A DNA stretch of 64,000 nt from Candidatus Rokuibacteriota bacterium (GTDB lineage Bacteria > Methylomirabilota > Methylomirabilia > Rokubacteriales > CSP1-6). The stretch covers positions 19,061 through 83,060 of the forward strand of contig JBBDXN010000129.1 in NCBI GenBank assembly GCA_040902305.1, in the 5' to 3' direction. The notes beneath the pieces were generated by a model, which searched no databases, had not been told where the DNA came from, and worked only from the letters and a program-made list of their open reading frames with translations. This document shows, piece by piece, positions 26,918 through 36,328 of the stretch (its first letter is position 1; every line of letters begins with the position of its first letter). The position numbers were made by a program, and so were the translations under genes.

Positions 26918-28282
26918 ATGGCCATCCAATCGGTGAATCCGGCGACCGGAGAGGTTCTCGAGACCCTCGAGGCGGCCTCGAAGGCGCAGATCGAGCAGGC
27001 GGTGGGGCGGGCCCACGCCGCCTTCCTCGAATGGCGCACCCGTTCCTTCGCCGACCGCGCCGCGCTCATGCGGGCCGCCGCGAAGGAGCTCCGATCGAGC
27101 AAGGACCAGCACGCGCTCACCATGACCCGGGAGATGGGCAAGCCCATCACCCAGGCGGAGGCCGAGGTGGAGAAGTGCGCGGGCACGTGCGAGTACTACG
27201 CCGAGCACGCCGAGTCCTTCCTCGCCGAGCAGCCCCGGGAGACCGACGCCGCCCGCAGCTACGTCCGCTTCGACCCGCTCGGCGTGGTGCTGGCCGTGAT
27301 GCCGTGGAATTTCCCCTACTGGCAGGTCTTCCGCTTCGCGGCGCCGGCCCTCATGGCGGGCAACGCGGGCGTCCTCAAGCACGCCTCCAACGTGCCGCGC
27401 TGCGCGCTCCAGATCGAGGAGGTCTTCCGCCGCGCCGGCTTCCCCGACGGACTCTTCCGCTCGGTGCTGACCGGCTCGGAAGGCGTGGCCGGGATGATCC
27501 CCGATCCGCGCATCGTCGCGGTCACCCTGACCGGCAGCGAGCACGCGGGCATGGCCATCGCCCAGCAGGCGGGGCGCGCGCTCAAGAAAACGGTGCTGGA
27601 GCTGGGTGGGAGCGACCCGTTCATCGTGCTGGCCGACGCCGACGTGGACGCGGCGGCCCGCGCCGCCGCGGAGGCGCGGCTCATCAACAGCGGCCAGAGC
27701 TGCATCGCGGCCAAGCGCTTCATCGTGGTCGAGCCCATCGCGGAGCGCTTCCTCGAGCGCTTCAAGTCGGAGCTGGCGGGGCGCCGGATGGGCGACCCGA
27801 CCGCCCGCGAGACCCAGGTCGGGCCGCAGGCCCGGGTGGACCTGCGCGATGAGCTCCACCGGCAGGTCACGGAGTCCATCAAGCGCGGAGCCCGGCGGGT
27901 CCTGGGCGCCGAGGTGCCGGCCGGCAAGGGCGCCTTCTACCCGCCGACCCTGCTGGCCGCGGTCGACAAGGGGATGCCCGCCTTCGACGAGGAGACCTTC
28001 GGGCCGGTGGCCGCCGTCATCACCGCCAAGGACGAGAGCGACGCGATCCGCCTCGCCAACGACTCGCCCTACGGCCTGGGCGCCGCGCTCTGGACGCGCG
28101 ACCGCGGCCGCGCCGAGCGGCTGGCCGCGCAGATCGAGGCGGGAGCGGTGTTCGTCAACGGGGTCGTGAAGTCCGATCCCCGCATGCCCTTCGGCGGGAT
28201 CAAGCGCTCCGGCTACGGCCGCGAGCTGTCCGAGTACGGCATCCGCGAGTTCGTGAACATCAAATCGGTCTGGATCGCGTAG
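26918..28282 (+). CDS. NAD(P)-dependent aldehyde dehydrogenase, succinate-semialdehyde dehydrogenase-like
   Basis: ATG with a GAAAGGAG Shine-Dalgarno motif. Catalytic motifs LELGGSDP and SGQSCIAAKR, for a 454-aa protein. Confidence 0.85.
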   Translation: MAIQSVNPATGEVLETLEAASKAQIEQAVGRAHAAFLEWRTRSFADRAALMRAAAKELRSSKDQHALTMTREMGKPITQAEAEVEKCAGTCEYYAEHAESFLAEQPRETDAARSYVRFDPLGVVLAVMPWNFPYWQVFRFAAPALMAGNAGVLKHASNVPRCALQIEEVFRRAGFPDGLFRSVLTGSEGVAGMIPDPRIVAVTLTGSEHAGMAIAQQAGRALKKTVLELGGSDPFIVLADADVDAAARAAAEARLINSGQSCIAAKRFIVVEPIAERFLERFKSELAGRRMGDPTARETQVGPQARVDLRDELHRQVTESIKRGARRVLGAEVPAGKGAFYPPTLLAAVDKGMPAFDEETFGPVAAVITAKDESDAIRLANDSPYGLGAALWTRDRGRAERLAAQIEAGAVFVNGVVKSDPRMPFGGIKRSGYGRELSEYGIREFVNIKSVWIA

Positions 28283-28504
28283 CCGGTTGCCGGGGACTTC
28301 TGGGTAGCGCCCGTTCCCGCGCAGCAACGGTTCTCGGGCAATCGGTCGGAGCTACCCGGTAGCTGTTACCGCCGGCGGCTGCTTTTTCTGTGATGCGGGG
28401 GCCCAGAAATGCGCACTCCCCCAGTCCGCGGGCAACCCGTGCGGGCGGACTACCGCCGGGGCTCCGACTCTCCTTGCTCTCGGCTTGCCTTGCTCCTTGT
28501 TGCC

Positions 28505-29035
28505 TCACTCCCCGTCCAGGGCCTCGGGGACCTTGCGAAGCAAACGGCCGTGGAAGTAGCCGAGTAACGCGACCACCGCGACGCCCGCCAGGATGTGGCC
28601 GGCCAGGAAGATCCCCGGCGTCACCGTCTGACCCAGCCACTGCGAGAGCGCGTAGACCATCGCGAGAAACACCACTGCGAGGCAGCAGCCGAGCATGAAG
28701 ATCAGCGCGAGCACGCGCTGCTCGCGCTCGGCGAGCGCGAAGAGCCCGGCCACGCCGAGTCCGAACACCATGAAGCCGCCGAGGTGCACCGCGGTATAGC
28801 CGGCCACCAAGCGCGCGGTGGGCGTCACCGCCGTCGTGTCCTGCACGCCGTCGAACAGCACCGCCCCGAGCAGCGCGGGAGTCCGCAGCGGCACGCCCGC
28901 GGCCAGATCGACGATGAAGAACCACAGCATCACGATGGCGGCGCCGATCAGGCCCACCGTGATGCCTTCGGGCAGCACGCGGCCACTGCGTCGCGTGCCT
29001 CCGCGTGTCGTCCGAGACAGGGTCGCCGGGCTCAT
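28505..29035 (-). CDS. hypothetical membrane protein (4 predicted TM helices)
   Basis: Internal ATG with an AGGAGG Shine-Dalgarno motif. Hydrophobic segments are present. Confidence 0.5.
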   Translation of the reverse strand: MSPATLSRTTRGGTRRSGRVLPEGITVGLIGAAIVMLWFFIVDLAAGVPLRTPALLGAVLFDGVQDTTAVTPTARLVAGYTAVHLGGFMVFGLGVAGLFALAEREQRVLALIFMLGCCLAVVFLAMVYALSQWLGQTVTPGIFLAGHILAGVAVVALLGYFHGRLLRKVPEALDGE

Positions 29036-29262
29036 TCTCGTATCCTCCTGACCGCGCGTACGTTGCATCTTCCACACCATTGAAGGGGGCCCGCCCGGCG
29101 CCGGAAGAAACTACGCGGCACTCTTTACCGGTCCTCCCGCCGTCGATTCGAGCGCGGCCCCGATCGACGTTGTTCTTCGCGCCCTTGCGGCGTGGCACAT
29201 CGCTTGCTCCCCTCCTCGATCGTCGCACCTGCGAGCAAGCAGAACCCAAGGGAGGATAACCC

Positions 29263-29493
29263 ATGACGCGCAAGTCGAAAACGAGCGAGAAGCCGCGCAT
29301 CGGACGGAAGGACCTGCAGGATCCGGATCGCGACGTGGGCAGCCCGCGCAAGGGCACGGTGGAGCGGGATGCGGAGCGCAGCGACCGCGACGCCGGCGCG
29401 GGCCGGCCGGTGCAGCTCGACGAGGAGGGCCGGTCGCGTCCGGCCGATGCCGACTCGCCGCGGCCGACCGACGACGGGCCGGCGCCGAAGTGA
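29263..29493 (+). CDS. small hydrophilic Asp/Arg-rich protein, 76 aa, hypothetical
   Basis: ATG with a GGGAGG Shine-Dalgarno motif. It ends just upstream of the Shine-Dalgarno motif of the BON gene. Confidence 0.4.
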   Translation: MTRKSKTSEKPRIGRKDLQDPDRDVGSPRKGTVERDAERSDRDAGAGRPVQLDEEGRSRPADADSPRPTDDGPAPK

Positions 29494-29531
29494 ACCGAAA
29501 CCCTCAACCACGTTTCAAGGAGGAAGCTACC

Positions 29532-30125
29532 ATGCGGCACGGCAAGACGATGATGGCAGCCACGATCCTGACCTCGCTCCTCGCGGCGGCGCCGTTCACC
29601 GCGGGCGCGCAGAGCAAGATGGAAGAGACCAAGGACAAGGCCAAGACCATGACCCAGGACGCCAAGACCTCGGTCAGCGATTCCTGGATCACCTCCAAGA
29701 CCAAGATCGCCCTCTTCGCGGACGAGCGCGTGAAGGGCACCCAGGTCAGCGTCGACACCATGAAGGGCGGCGTCGTGCACCTGCGCGGAAAGGTCGACTC
29801 CACCGAGGCCAAGACGGCGGCCACCGAGATCGCCAAGGGCATCGAGGGCGTGCAGTCGGTGAAGAACGACCTGCAGGTGGTGGCCCCGGGGAGCCGCAAG
29901 ATGGTGGACGCCAAGGACGAGGACATCGAAAAGGCGGTGGAGACGCGCTTGAAGAAGGACGCGCAGCTCAAGAGCGTCGACGTGCGTATCGACTCCGGCG
30001 TGGTGACCCTGACCGGGGAGGTCCCGAGCATCGTCGTGTCGGCCAAGGCCTCCGAGATGGCCCGCAACGTCGCCGGGGTGAAGTCGGTCAAGAACGAGCT
30101 GACGGTCCGCCAGGCCGGTAAGTAG
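29532..30125 (+). CDS. BON domain protein (OsmY-like, two BON domains) with signal peptide
   Basis: ATG with an AAGGAGG Shine-Dalgarno motif. Signal peptide MRHGKTMMAATILTSLLAAAPFTAGAQS, then two BON-type repeats (VDTMKGGVVHLRGKV..., VRIDSGVVTLTGEV...). Confidence 0.85.
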   Translation: MRHGKTMMAATILTSLLAAAPFTAGAQSKMEETKDKAKTMTQDAKTSVSDSWITSKTKIALFADERVKGTQVSVDTMKGGVVHLRGKVDSTEAKTAATEIAKGIEGVQSVKNDLQVVAPGSRKMVDAKDEDIEKAVETRLKKDAQLKSVDVRIDSGVVTLTGEVPSIVVSAKASEMARNVAGVKSVKNELTVRQAGK

Positions 30126-30130
30126 CCACC

Positions 30131-30712
30131 ATGACACCGCGGGGCGGGCAGGCAAACATGACCGGCGAGTTCGTGAGCGACATCAAGGAGATCCGCCGCC
30201 GCGCCCGCGCGCACATGGAGCAGGGACCGATCACGGCCGGATACAAGGCGGACCGGGAGACCGTCATCCGCCTGCTGAACGAGGCCCTGGCGACCGAGCT
30301 CGTGTGCGTGCTGCGGTACAAGCGACACCATTACATGGCCGCCGGGATCCACGCCCAGTCGGTGGCCGACGAGTTCGCGGAGCACGCCGCGGAGGAGCAG
30401 ACGCACGCGGATCAGATCGCGCAGCGGATCACCCAGCTCGGGGGCGAGCCGGATTTCAACCCGGACGGCCTGCTCGGCCGCAGTCACTCCGAGTACGTGC
30501 CGGGTGAGGGGCTGATCGAGATGATCAAGGAGGACCTGGTGGCGGAGCGGATCGCCATCGAGTCGTACAACGAAATGGTGCGGTACCTGGGCGACGACGA
30601 TCCGACCACCCGGCGGATGCTGGAGGAGATCCTGGCCAAGGAAGAGGAGCACGCCGACGACCTGCGCACGCTACTCGAGCGGCTCGCCGGGGACCGCGGC
30701 GCGGATCGCTGA
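30131..30712 (+). CDS. bacterioferritin-like / ferritin-like domain protein
   Basis: ELVCVLRYKRHHYMAAG...EFAEHAAEEQTHADQIAQRI matches Bfr-like four-helix di-iron motifs. The start could instead be the ATG at 30158. Confidence 0.7.
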   Translation: MTPRGGQANMTGEFVSDIKEIRRRARAHMEQGPITAGYKADRETVIRLLNEALATELVCVLRYKRHHYMAAGIHAQSVADEFAEHAAEEQTHADQIAQRITQLGGEPDFNPDGLLGRSHSEYVPGEGLIEMIKEDLVAERIAIESYNEMVRYLGDDDPTTRRMLEEILAKEEEHADDLRTLLERLAGDRGADR

Positions 30713-30903
30713 TGGCGAAGCCGCGCAGCAAGGGGCGTCGGAAGGTCAAGAAGGTGATGGGCGAGTACAAGCGGGGCAAGCTCCGCTCGTCCTCGGGGAG
30801 CAAGGTTCGCAAGCGCAAGCAGGCCGTCGCCATCGCGCTGAGCGAGGCTCGCCAGGCGGGAGCCCGCATCCCGCGCCGGCGGCGGACATCCCGGGCCGGT
30901 TGA
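30712..30903 (+). CDS. small basic protein (DUF6496-like), 63 aa
   Basis: ATGA overlap with the upstream stop. Sequence KVMGEYKRGKLRSSSGSKVRKRKQAVAIALSEARQAG. Confidence 0.6.
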   Translation: MAKPRSKGRRKVKKVMGEYKRGKLRSSSGSKVRKRKQAVAIALSEARQAGARIPRRRRTSRAG

Positions 30904-30933
30904 CGTGGACCGCAGCCGGGTGGCGGCTCTGAC

Positions 30934-31146
30934 ATGAACGCATGCGCGGCATCGGGACGGGTAGCGGCGGCGGTCCTCGCCATGGCGGGCCTCGGAGTGG
31001 GGCTCATGCTGCGGGGAGGCCGCCGCTCAAGCCCGCTCCCGGTGACCCGTTGCCCGATACACGGCGTCGCCTACGATGCCGAACTCGAGGTGTGCCCCGA
31101 CTGCGCCAAGACGGAGGCAGCGGGCGGAAAGGGAGGCGCGCGATGA
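30934..31146 (+). CDS. Cys4 zinc-ribbon-like mini-protein, 70 aa
   Basis: CPIHG...CPDC motifs. Coupled by an ATGA overlap to the next mini-ORF. Confidence 0.45.
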   Translation: MNACAASGRVAAAVLAMAGLGVGLMLRGGRRSSPLPVTRCPIHGVAYDAELEVCPDCAKTEAAGGKGGAR

Positions 31147-31307
31147 GCGGGATGCTGGCTCTGTACTGTCGGACGTGCAACACCTTTCGCGAGGTCGAAG
31201 ATTGGCGCGAGCGCGGTGAGGCGCTGGTGATCGCGCTCGGACCGTGCGGACACGAGATCCGTCGTCGCGCCGGGATGGAATGGCCCATCCACGAAGCGGC
31301 GGCCTGA
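31143..31307 (+). CDS. Cys4 zinc-ribbon-like mini-protein, 54 aa
   Basis: MSGMLALYCRTCNTF...LGPCGHEI. Its start overlaps the previous stop (ATGA). Confidence 0.4.
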   Translation: MSGMLALYCRTCNTFREVEDWRERGEALVIALGPCGHEIRRRAGMEWPIHEAAA

Positions 31308-31328
31308 TAACTCAGAAAGGAGCGCGTC

Positions 31329-31574
31329 ATGCTGAGTCGATTCGTACTGGGAGCTATCGTGGGCGGCATCGCGGTATGGGTGTGGGGCGAAGAGCTGAGG
31401 CGTCTGGTCAATACCCAGGGGCGCTCCGCCCGGCTGGTCGCCGCCGATACGCTGCAGGCGGTGCAATCCACCGCCGAGGAGCTCTTCGACACCGCCAAGG
31501 ATCAGGTGACCTCGACGTTACAGGCGGGGCAGGACGCGGTCCGGCCCGCCCGGATCACCCGGGACCGTCGATGA
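31329..31574 (+). CDS. small membrane-anchored protein, 81 aa, hypothetical
   Basis: AAAGGAG Shine-Dalgarno motif and an N-terminal TM helix. Its stop overlaps the M48 peptidase start (ATGA). Confidence 0.5.
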   Translation: MLSRFVLGAIVGGIAVWVWGEELRRLVNTQGRSARLVAADTLQAVQSTAEELFDTAKDQVTSTLQAGQDAVRPARITRDRR

Positions 31575-32263
31575 CCGCGCGGGCGGTCGTCGGAGGTGCG
31601 CTCCTCGCAGCGGCGCTGCTGACCGGGTGCGCCGTCGGGACCACCTCGGCGCCGCCCCCGGCCGGCCGCACCGACGCCCCGTCGCGTCCAGCGCCCACCA
31701 CCTCGCAGAAGACGGTCGATCCCGCTCAGGTCGAGCGGTTGAAGAAGGCGATGCTGCCGCTGCTGAAGGTGATGGACAAGCCGCGCCAGCCCGGCGAGGT
31801 GAAGGTCGGCATCATGGACGACCCCGAGATCAACGCGGCCAACGCGGGCAACGGGGAGTTCTTCGTCACCACCGGGCTGCTGCAGAAGGCGAGCGACGAT
31901 CAGTTGCTGGCCGTGCTCGCCCACGAGGTGGCCCATGAGGACCTGGGGCACGTCGCGAAGGCGCAGGCGCTCGGCACCGGGCTCGGGATCGGGGCGGTCA
32001 TCCTCGACCAGATCATCCCCGGCGCGGGCCGGGTGGCCCCGATCGCGGGCGCGCTCATCTCGCGTAGCTACAGCCGCAAAGAGGAATACGATGCCGATAG
32101 CCACGGCGTCGAGCTGCTCAAGCGGATCGGGCGCCCGAAGGAAGTCATGATCGACACCCTCACCTGGCTCATGAACGCGTCCGGCGGAGACGGAGCCGGC
32201 GGCGGTTTCTTCAGCACCCATCCCGCCACCGGAGACCGGATCGAAGTCCTCCGCAAGCTGTGA
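31571..32263 (+). CDS. M48 family zinc metallopeptidase, lipoprotein
   Basis: Lipobox LLTGC, HEXXH motif HEVAHEDLGH, for a 230-aa protein. Its start is coupled to the upstream gene. Confidence 0.85.
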   Translation: MTARAVVGGALLAAALLTGCAVGTTSAPPPAGRTDAPSRPAPTTSQKTVDPAQVERLKKAMLPLLKVMDKPRQPGEVKVGIMDDPEINAANAGNGEFFVTTGLLQKASDDQLLAVLAHEVAHEDLGHVAKAQALGTGLGIGAVILDQIIPGAGRVAPIAGALISRSYSRKEEYDADSHGVELLKRIGRPKEVMIDTLTWLMNASGGDGAGGGFFSTHPATGDRIEVLRKL

Positions 32264-33522
32264 GTGCGGCGTGGTTGCGGCCAGCGCTCCATTGGATCGC
32301 CGGCTGCTTGATCATCGTGCTGGCGGGCTGCGGCCACGCCCAGCCCCACCTCAAGCTGCCCGATCTCCGGATCACCGAGCCCTCGTTCCGCGCCACCCTC
32401 GTCGGGTACACCAGCGGCGCGGTGCTCGGCGGGAACAAGGTCGACGTCCTCCTGAACGGTGACGAGATCTTCCCGGCCAAGCTCGAGGCCATCCGCTCCG
32501 CGCGCAAGAGCATCACCTTCGCTCAATACGTCTTCGAGGAGGGCGCGCCCGCCGCCGACACCGTCCAGGCCTTGGCGGACCGTTGCCGGGCGGGGGTCAA
32601 GGTGCACGTGCTGATCGACGCCGTCGGCTCACTGCAGATGCCCGCCCAGTACCGCGACACCTTGACCGAGGCCGGCTGCCAGGTCGCGTCGTATCGCCCG
32701 CTCAGTCCGTGGACGTTCGACCGCGTCAACCACCGCAATCACCGGCGCATCCTGGTCGTGGACGGACGGGTCGGGATCACCGGGGGCTCGGGGACCAGCG
32801 GCAAGTGGAGCGGCAACGGCAGGCAGGAAGGCCAGTGGCGCGATACCGACATGCGGGTGGAAGGCCCGGTGGCCGGCCAGCTCCAGGGCGCGTTCGCGGA
32901 GAACTGGCTCGAGGCGACCGGCGTCGCCCTCGGCGGCCCCGATTACTTCCCGCGGCCGATCGAGGCCAAGGGCGAGGTGGAGTCGCACATCGTGCGCAGC
33001 TCGCCCGCGGGCGGCAGCGTGGAGATGTATACCATGTTCCTCCTCGCGATGGCCGCGGCGCGCCGCACGATCTTCATCACCAATCCCTATTTCGTGCCCG
33101 ACGACATGATGATCGAGACGCTGATCCAGGCGCGGCAGCGGGGGGTGCGGGTGATACTGCTCCTACCCGGCGCGATCGACCACAACCTCGTCCGGGAGGC
33201 GAGCCGCTCCAAGTTCGGCCGTCTGCTCGAGGCGGGCATTCAGGTCTACGAGTACAAGGCGGCGCTGCTCCATTCCAAGACCATGGTGATCGACTCCATC
33301 TGGACCACCGTCGGCAGTACCAATCTCGACCGCCGTTCGTTCGAGCTGAACGAGGAGATGAACCTCGTCGTCTACGACGGCGCCATCGCGCGGCGGCTCG
33401 AACGCGTGTTCGTGGATGATCTCGAGCAGTCCCGCCAGGTCACGTACGAGCAGTGGAAGAACCGCGGGATCAAGAGCCGGATTCTCGAGATCCTTTCCCT
33501 GCCCATCCGCGGTCAGATCTGA
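32260..33522 (+). CDS. phospholipase D family protein, cardiolipin synthase-like (two HKD motifs), lipoprotein
   Basis: GTGA overlap at the start, lipobox LAGC. Motif 1 is NHRRILVVDG and motif 2 is HSKTMVIDS. Confidence 0.8.
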   Translation: MSAAWLRPALHWIAGCLIIVLAGCGHAQPHLKLPDLRITEPSFRATLVGYTSGAVLGGNKVDVLLNGDEIFPAKLEAIRSARKSITFAQYVFEEGAPAADTVQALADRCRAGVKVHVLIDAVGSLQMPAQYRDTLTEAGCQVASYRPLSPWTFDRVNHRNHRRILVVDGRVGITGGSGTSGKWSGNGRQEGQWRDTDMRVEGPVAGQLQGAFAENWLEATGVALGGPDYFPRPIEAKGEVESHIVRSSPAGGSVEMYTMFLLAMAAARRTIFITNPYFVPDDMMIETLIQARQRGVRVILLLPGAIDHNLVREASRSKFGRLLEAGIQVYEYKAALLHSKTMVIDSIWTTVGSTNLDRRSFELNEEMNLVVYDGAIARRLERVFVDDLEQSRQVTYEQWKNRGIKSRILEILSLPIRGQI

Positions 33523-33524
33523 TC

Positions 33525-33549
33525 GCCCCCGTGCGCTTGACGGGGGCGG
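33525..33549 (+). terminator. GC-rich hairpin after the PLD gene (CGCCCCCG-N9-CGGGGGCG)
   Basis: 8-bp perfect stem immediately after the stop. There is no U-tract. Confidence 0.35.
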
Positions 33550-33561
33550 TACACTGAAAGG

Positions 33562-34650
33562 GTGATCCGCCGGGTCGCGCTCCTCCTCGCGGTCGGCCTG
33601 ACCGTGGCCGGCGCCGGTAGCTTTCCCCCGACCCTCGGACCGGCCGGGTCGGACGCCCAGACCCAGGTCCCCCGCGTCGCGCCCGGCTTCTTCAATCCGG
33701 CCGAGCGAGCGGGTAGTGCCTACCGGAACGTGGACCCGGAATACCGGCGCGCGTCATACTGGGCGCGGCTGCACTCGCTGGTGGTGGGCGCCACCTGGCT
33801 GGTCTCCGAGCGGCGGGTCGCCGCGCTGCCCCGCGCGACACCCGACCTCCGGGCGCTGCACGACGGATCACCCGACGCGACCGTGACCTGGGTCGGCCAC
33901 TCCACCGTGCTGGTCCAGCTCGACGGCGTGACGTTCCTGACCGATCCGAACTGGGCCGACCGTAGCGGGCCGTTCAGCGGTTTCGTGGGGGTCCGTCGCT
34001 ACACCCCGCCCGGCATCGCCTTCGACGACCTGCCCCCCGTCGACTTCGTCCTGATCTCCCACGACCACTACGATCATCTCGACGAGCCCACCGTCCGTCG
34101 CCTCGCGGAGAAATTCGACCCGCTGTTCGTCGTGCCGCTCGGCATCAAGGGCTGGCTCGCCGATCGCGGGATCAACAACGCGGTGGAGCTGAACTGGGGC
34201 GAATCGGTCACGGTCAAGGGCCTGACCGTGGCCTGTACCCCCGCGCAGCACGGCGGGGGGCGCACCGCGATCGATCAGGGCCGAAGGCTCTGGGCGTCCT
34301 GGGCGGTGCTGGGCTCGAAGCGCTTCTACTTCGGGGGCGACACCGGCTACTACCGCCACTTCAAGGAGACCGGCGACCGGCTCGGGCCGTTCGACCTGGC
34401 CGCGCTACCGATCGGCTCCTATACGCCGCGCGAGATCGCCAAGCCCGTGCACACCTCCCCCGAGGAAGCGCTGCAGGCCGCGATCGACCTGCGCGCCACC
34501 CATCTGCTGGGCGTGCACTGGGGCACGTTCGCGCTGGCCCGCGAGCCCTACGACGAGCCGCCCACGCGGTTGCGCGCCGAGATCGAGCGGCGGCGGCTCG
34601 ATCCCACCCGCGCCTGGATCCTCAAGCCCGGCGAAACCAAGCCCTGGTAG
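33562..34650 (+). CDS. MBL-fold metallo-hydrolase, NAPE-PLD-like (Zn-dependent hydrolase of beta-lactamase fold), secreted
   Basis: GTG with a GAAAGGG Shine-Dalgarno motif, signal peptide, and LISHDHYDHLD motif. Confidence 0.75.
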   Translation: MIRRVALLLAVGLTVAGAGSFPPTLGPAGSDAQTQVPRVAPGFFNPAERAGSAYRNVDPEYRRASYWARLHSLVVGATWLVSERRVAALPRATPDLRALHDGSPDATVTWVGHSTVLVQLDGVTFLTDPNWADRSGPFSGFVGVRRYTPPGIAFDDLPPVDFVLISHDHYDHLDEPTVRRLAEKFDPLFVVPLGIKGWLADRGINNAVELNWGESVTVKGLTVACTPAQHGGGRTAIDQGRRLWASWAVLGSKRFYFGGDTGYYRHFKETGDRLGPFDLAALPIGSYTPREIAKPVHTSPEEALQAAIDLRATHLLGVHWGTFALAREPYDEPPTRLRAEIERRRLDPTRAWILKPGETKPW

Positions 34651-34659
34651 TCTCGAGCG

Positions 34660-34986
34660 CTACAGCCAGTAGTACGGAAACCGGTAGTAGTCGTGCAGCC
34701 GCGTCTCGTACTCGCGACTGAAATCCGCGTCCGGCCTGTACTCGGGCGCCTCCTGGATGCGCTTCTTCTCGATGTTCACCACCACGGTCTCCCGCTCGGG
34801 GGCCACGCTGCTGATCCAGGCCGTCGAGAGCACGACCTTCTTGCCGGGCAGCCAGTTCCCGGTGTCGATGACGAGGTAGCGCAGCTTCATGTCCTGGTCG
34901 TCGATGATCAGATCGCTGACCCCGCCGATCTCTCCGTCGGTGGCGAGGATCTTGTAACTGAGGACGTTCTTGACCGGTCGCAGCAT
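34660..34986 (-). CDS. PRC-barrel domain protein
   Basis: AAAGGAG Shine-Dalgarno motif. PRC-barrel-like sequence (...GEIGGVSDLIIDDQDMKLRYLVIDTG...). Confidence 0.7.
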   Translation of the reverse strand: MLRPVKNVLSYKILATDGEIGGVSDLIIDDQDMKLRYLVIDTGNWLPGKKVVLSTAWISSVAPERETVVVNIEKKRIQEAPEYRPDADFSREYETRLHDYYRFPYYWL

Positions 34987-35134
34987 GGGCGGCTCCTTTC
35001 AAGGCGATTTTGCCTCGGAGAAAGAGCAACATCCGTGCCGCGGTCTCGAACGGGGGCCATCGCCCGCTTTCCGGGGCTGGGAGCCGGCCCGACGCGATGG
35101 TCGGGTATGAACTACCCGGTAGGAGAGGGCTCCG

Positions 35135-36328
35135 TTACGATTTCGTCTCGTCCAGGTCCCGCGCACCCGCGGTGCGGTTGCGATACTCGGCGGGTACCTC
35201 CCGGCCCGCATCCACGTAGGCGCGGCGGACCGCCTCCACGTTCGGGCTGAAGATGGTCTTGCGGTTGCTGCGCGCCCACTCGTTCGAGTTGCGGATGGTG
35301 TCGAGCGAGCCCTGGAAGCGCGGCATGACGTAGCGCGCGAACAGCTCGTAGCTGTGCAGGGTCTGCTCGCGGTTGGCCCACTCGTGGGCGCGGAACAGCA
35401 CGCCGCCGAAGCCGCCGCCGCTCAGGCCCTGCAGCCGCTCGATACCGCGGATGACGGTGTCGGGGGTGCCCACCAGCGTGGTGCCCATCTTCACGCCATC
35501 GCGCAGCGGGTCGTCGGCGCGGCCGGGCGGGCGGCCGAGCGTGTCCTCGAAGTAGGTGACGGTCTCGTGGCGCTCGGCGCGGCTCACTTCCTTGAGGGCC
35601 AGCTCGTCGTCATCGGACACGTGCACGTTGACCACGAGCCGCCAGTTCCGCCGGTCCATGGTCTTGCCGTGCTTGGCCGCGGTCTCCTCCGCGATCTTCC
35701 ACTGATTCGCGAGGGCCTCCGGCCCGCCGGGCAGCCCCGCCCCGAGCGAGAGCACCCCGATGCCGTGCTTGCCCGCCGCCATCACCCCAGCCGGGGTGAT
35801 GGTGCTGGCCACCGCGATGGGGAAGTGCGGCTCGGTGTAGGGCGCGAGATGCAGCCGCGCCTGGCGCAGCTCGAACCAGTCCGTCTTGAGCGTCACCGGC
35901 GCCTCGCACCGGAGCAGCTCCATGATCGCGTCGAGGGACTCCTCCATGCGCGGGCGCTGGGTCACCGGCTCGATGCCCATCATGTAGGCGTCGGAGACGA
36001 GGGCGCCCGGCCCGATGCCGAGCATGGCGCGGCCCCGCGTCATGTGATCGAGCTGCACGAAGCGGTTGGCGACCATCAACGGGTGATGGTAGGGCAGGCT
36101 CGTCACCCCGGAGCCCAGCATGATGTGGCGGGTGCGCTCCGCCGCGGCGGCGATGAAGACCTCGGGGGAGGCGATCAGCTCCCAGCCCGCGGAGTGATGC
36201 TCGCCGATCCACACCTCGTCATAGCCCAGGTAGTCCATCCACTCGATCAGCTCCATGTCGCGGTTCATCGCGAGCGTGGGGTTCTCGCCGACCTTGTGGA
36301 AGGGCGCGAGGAAGATCCCGAACTTCAT
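35135..36328 (-). CDS. LLM-class flavin/F420-dependent oxidoreductase (luciferase-like monooxygenase)
   Basis: Internal ATG giving MKFGIFLAPFH..., the typical LLM N-terminus. Homology extends over the full length. Confidence 0.85.
   Translation of the reverse strand: MKFGIFLAPFHKVGENPTLAMNRDMELIEWMDYLGYDEVWIGEHHSAGWELIASPEVFIAAAAERTRHIMLGSGVTSLPYHHPLMVANRFVQLDHMTRGRAMLGIGPGALVSDAYMMGIEPVTQRPRMEESLDAIMELLRCEAPVTLKTDWFELRQARLHLAPYTEPHFPIAVASTITPAGVMAAGKHGIGVLSLGAGLPGGPEALANQWKIAEETAAKHGKTMDRRNWRLVVNVHVSDDDELALKEVSRAERHETVTYFEDTLGRPPGRADDPLRDGVKMGTTLVGTPDTVIRGIERLQGLSGGGFGGVLFRAHEWANREQTLHSYELFARYVMPRFQGSLDTIRNSNEWARSNRKTIFSPNVEAVRRAYVDAGREVPAEYRNRTAGARDLDETKS

Noticed and set aside
28368-28390. 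Possible intrinsic terminator after the aldehyde dehydrogenase gene (CCGCCGGCGG followed by CTGCTTTTTCTG)
   Set aside because: The palindrome has essentially no loop and a stem of only 4-5 bp. The T-rich run is suggestive but the structure is too weak to call.
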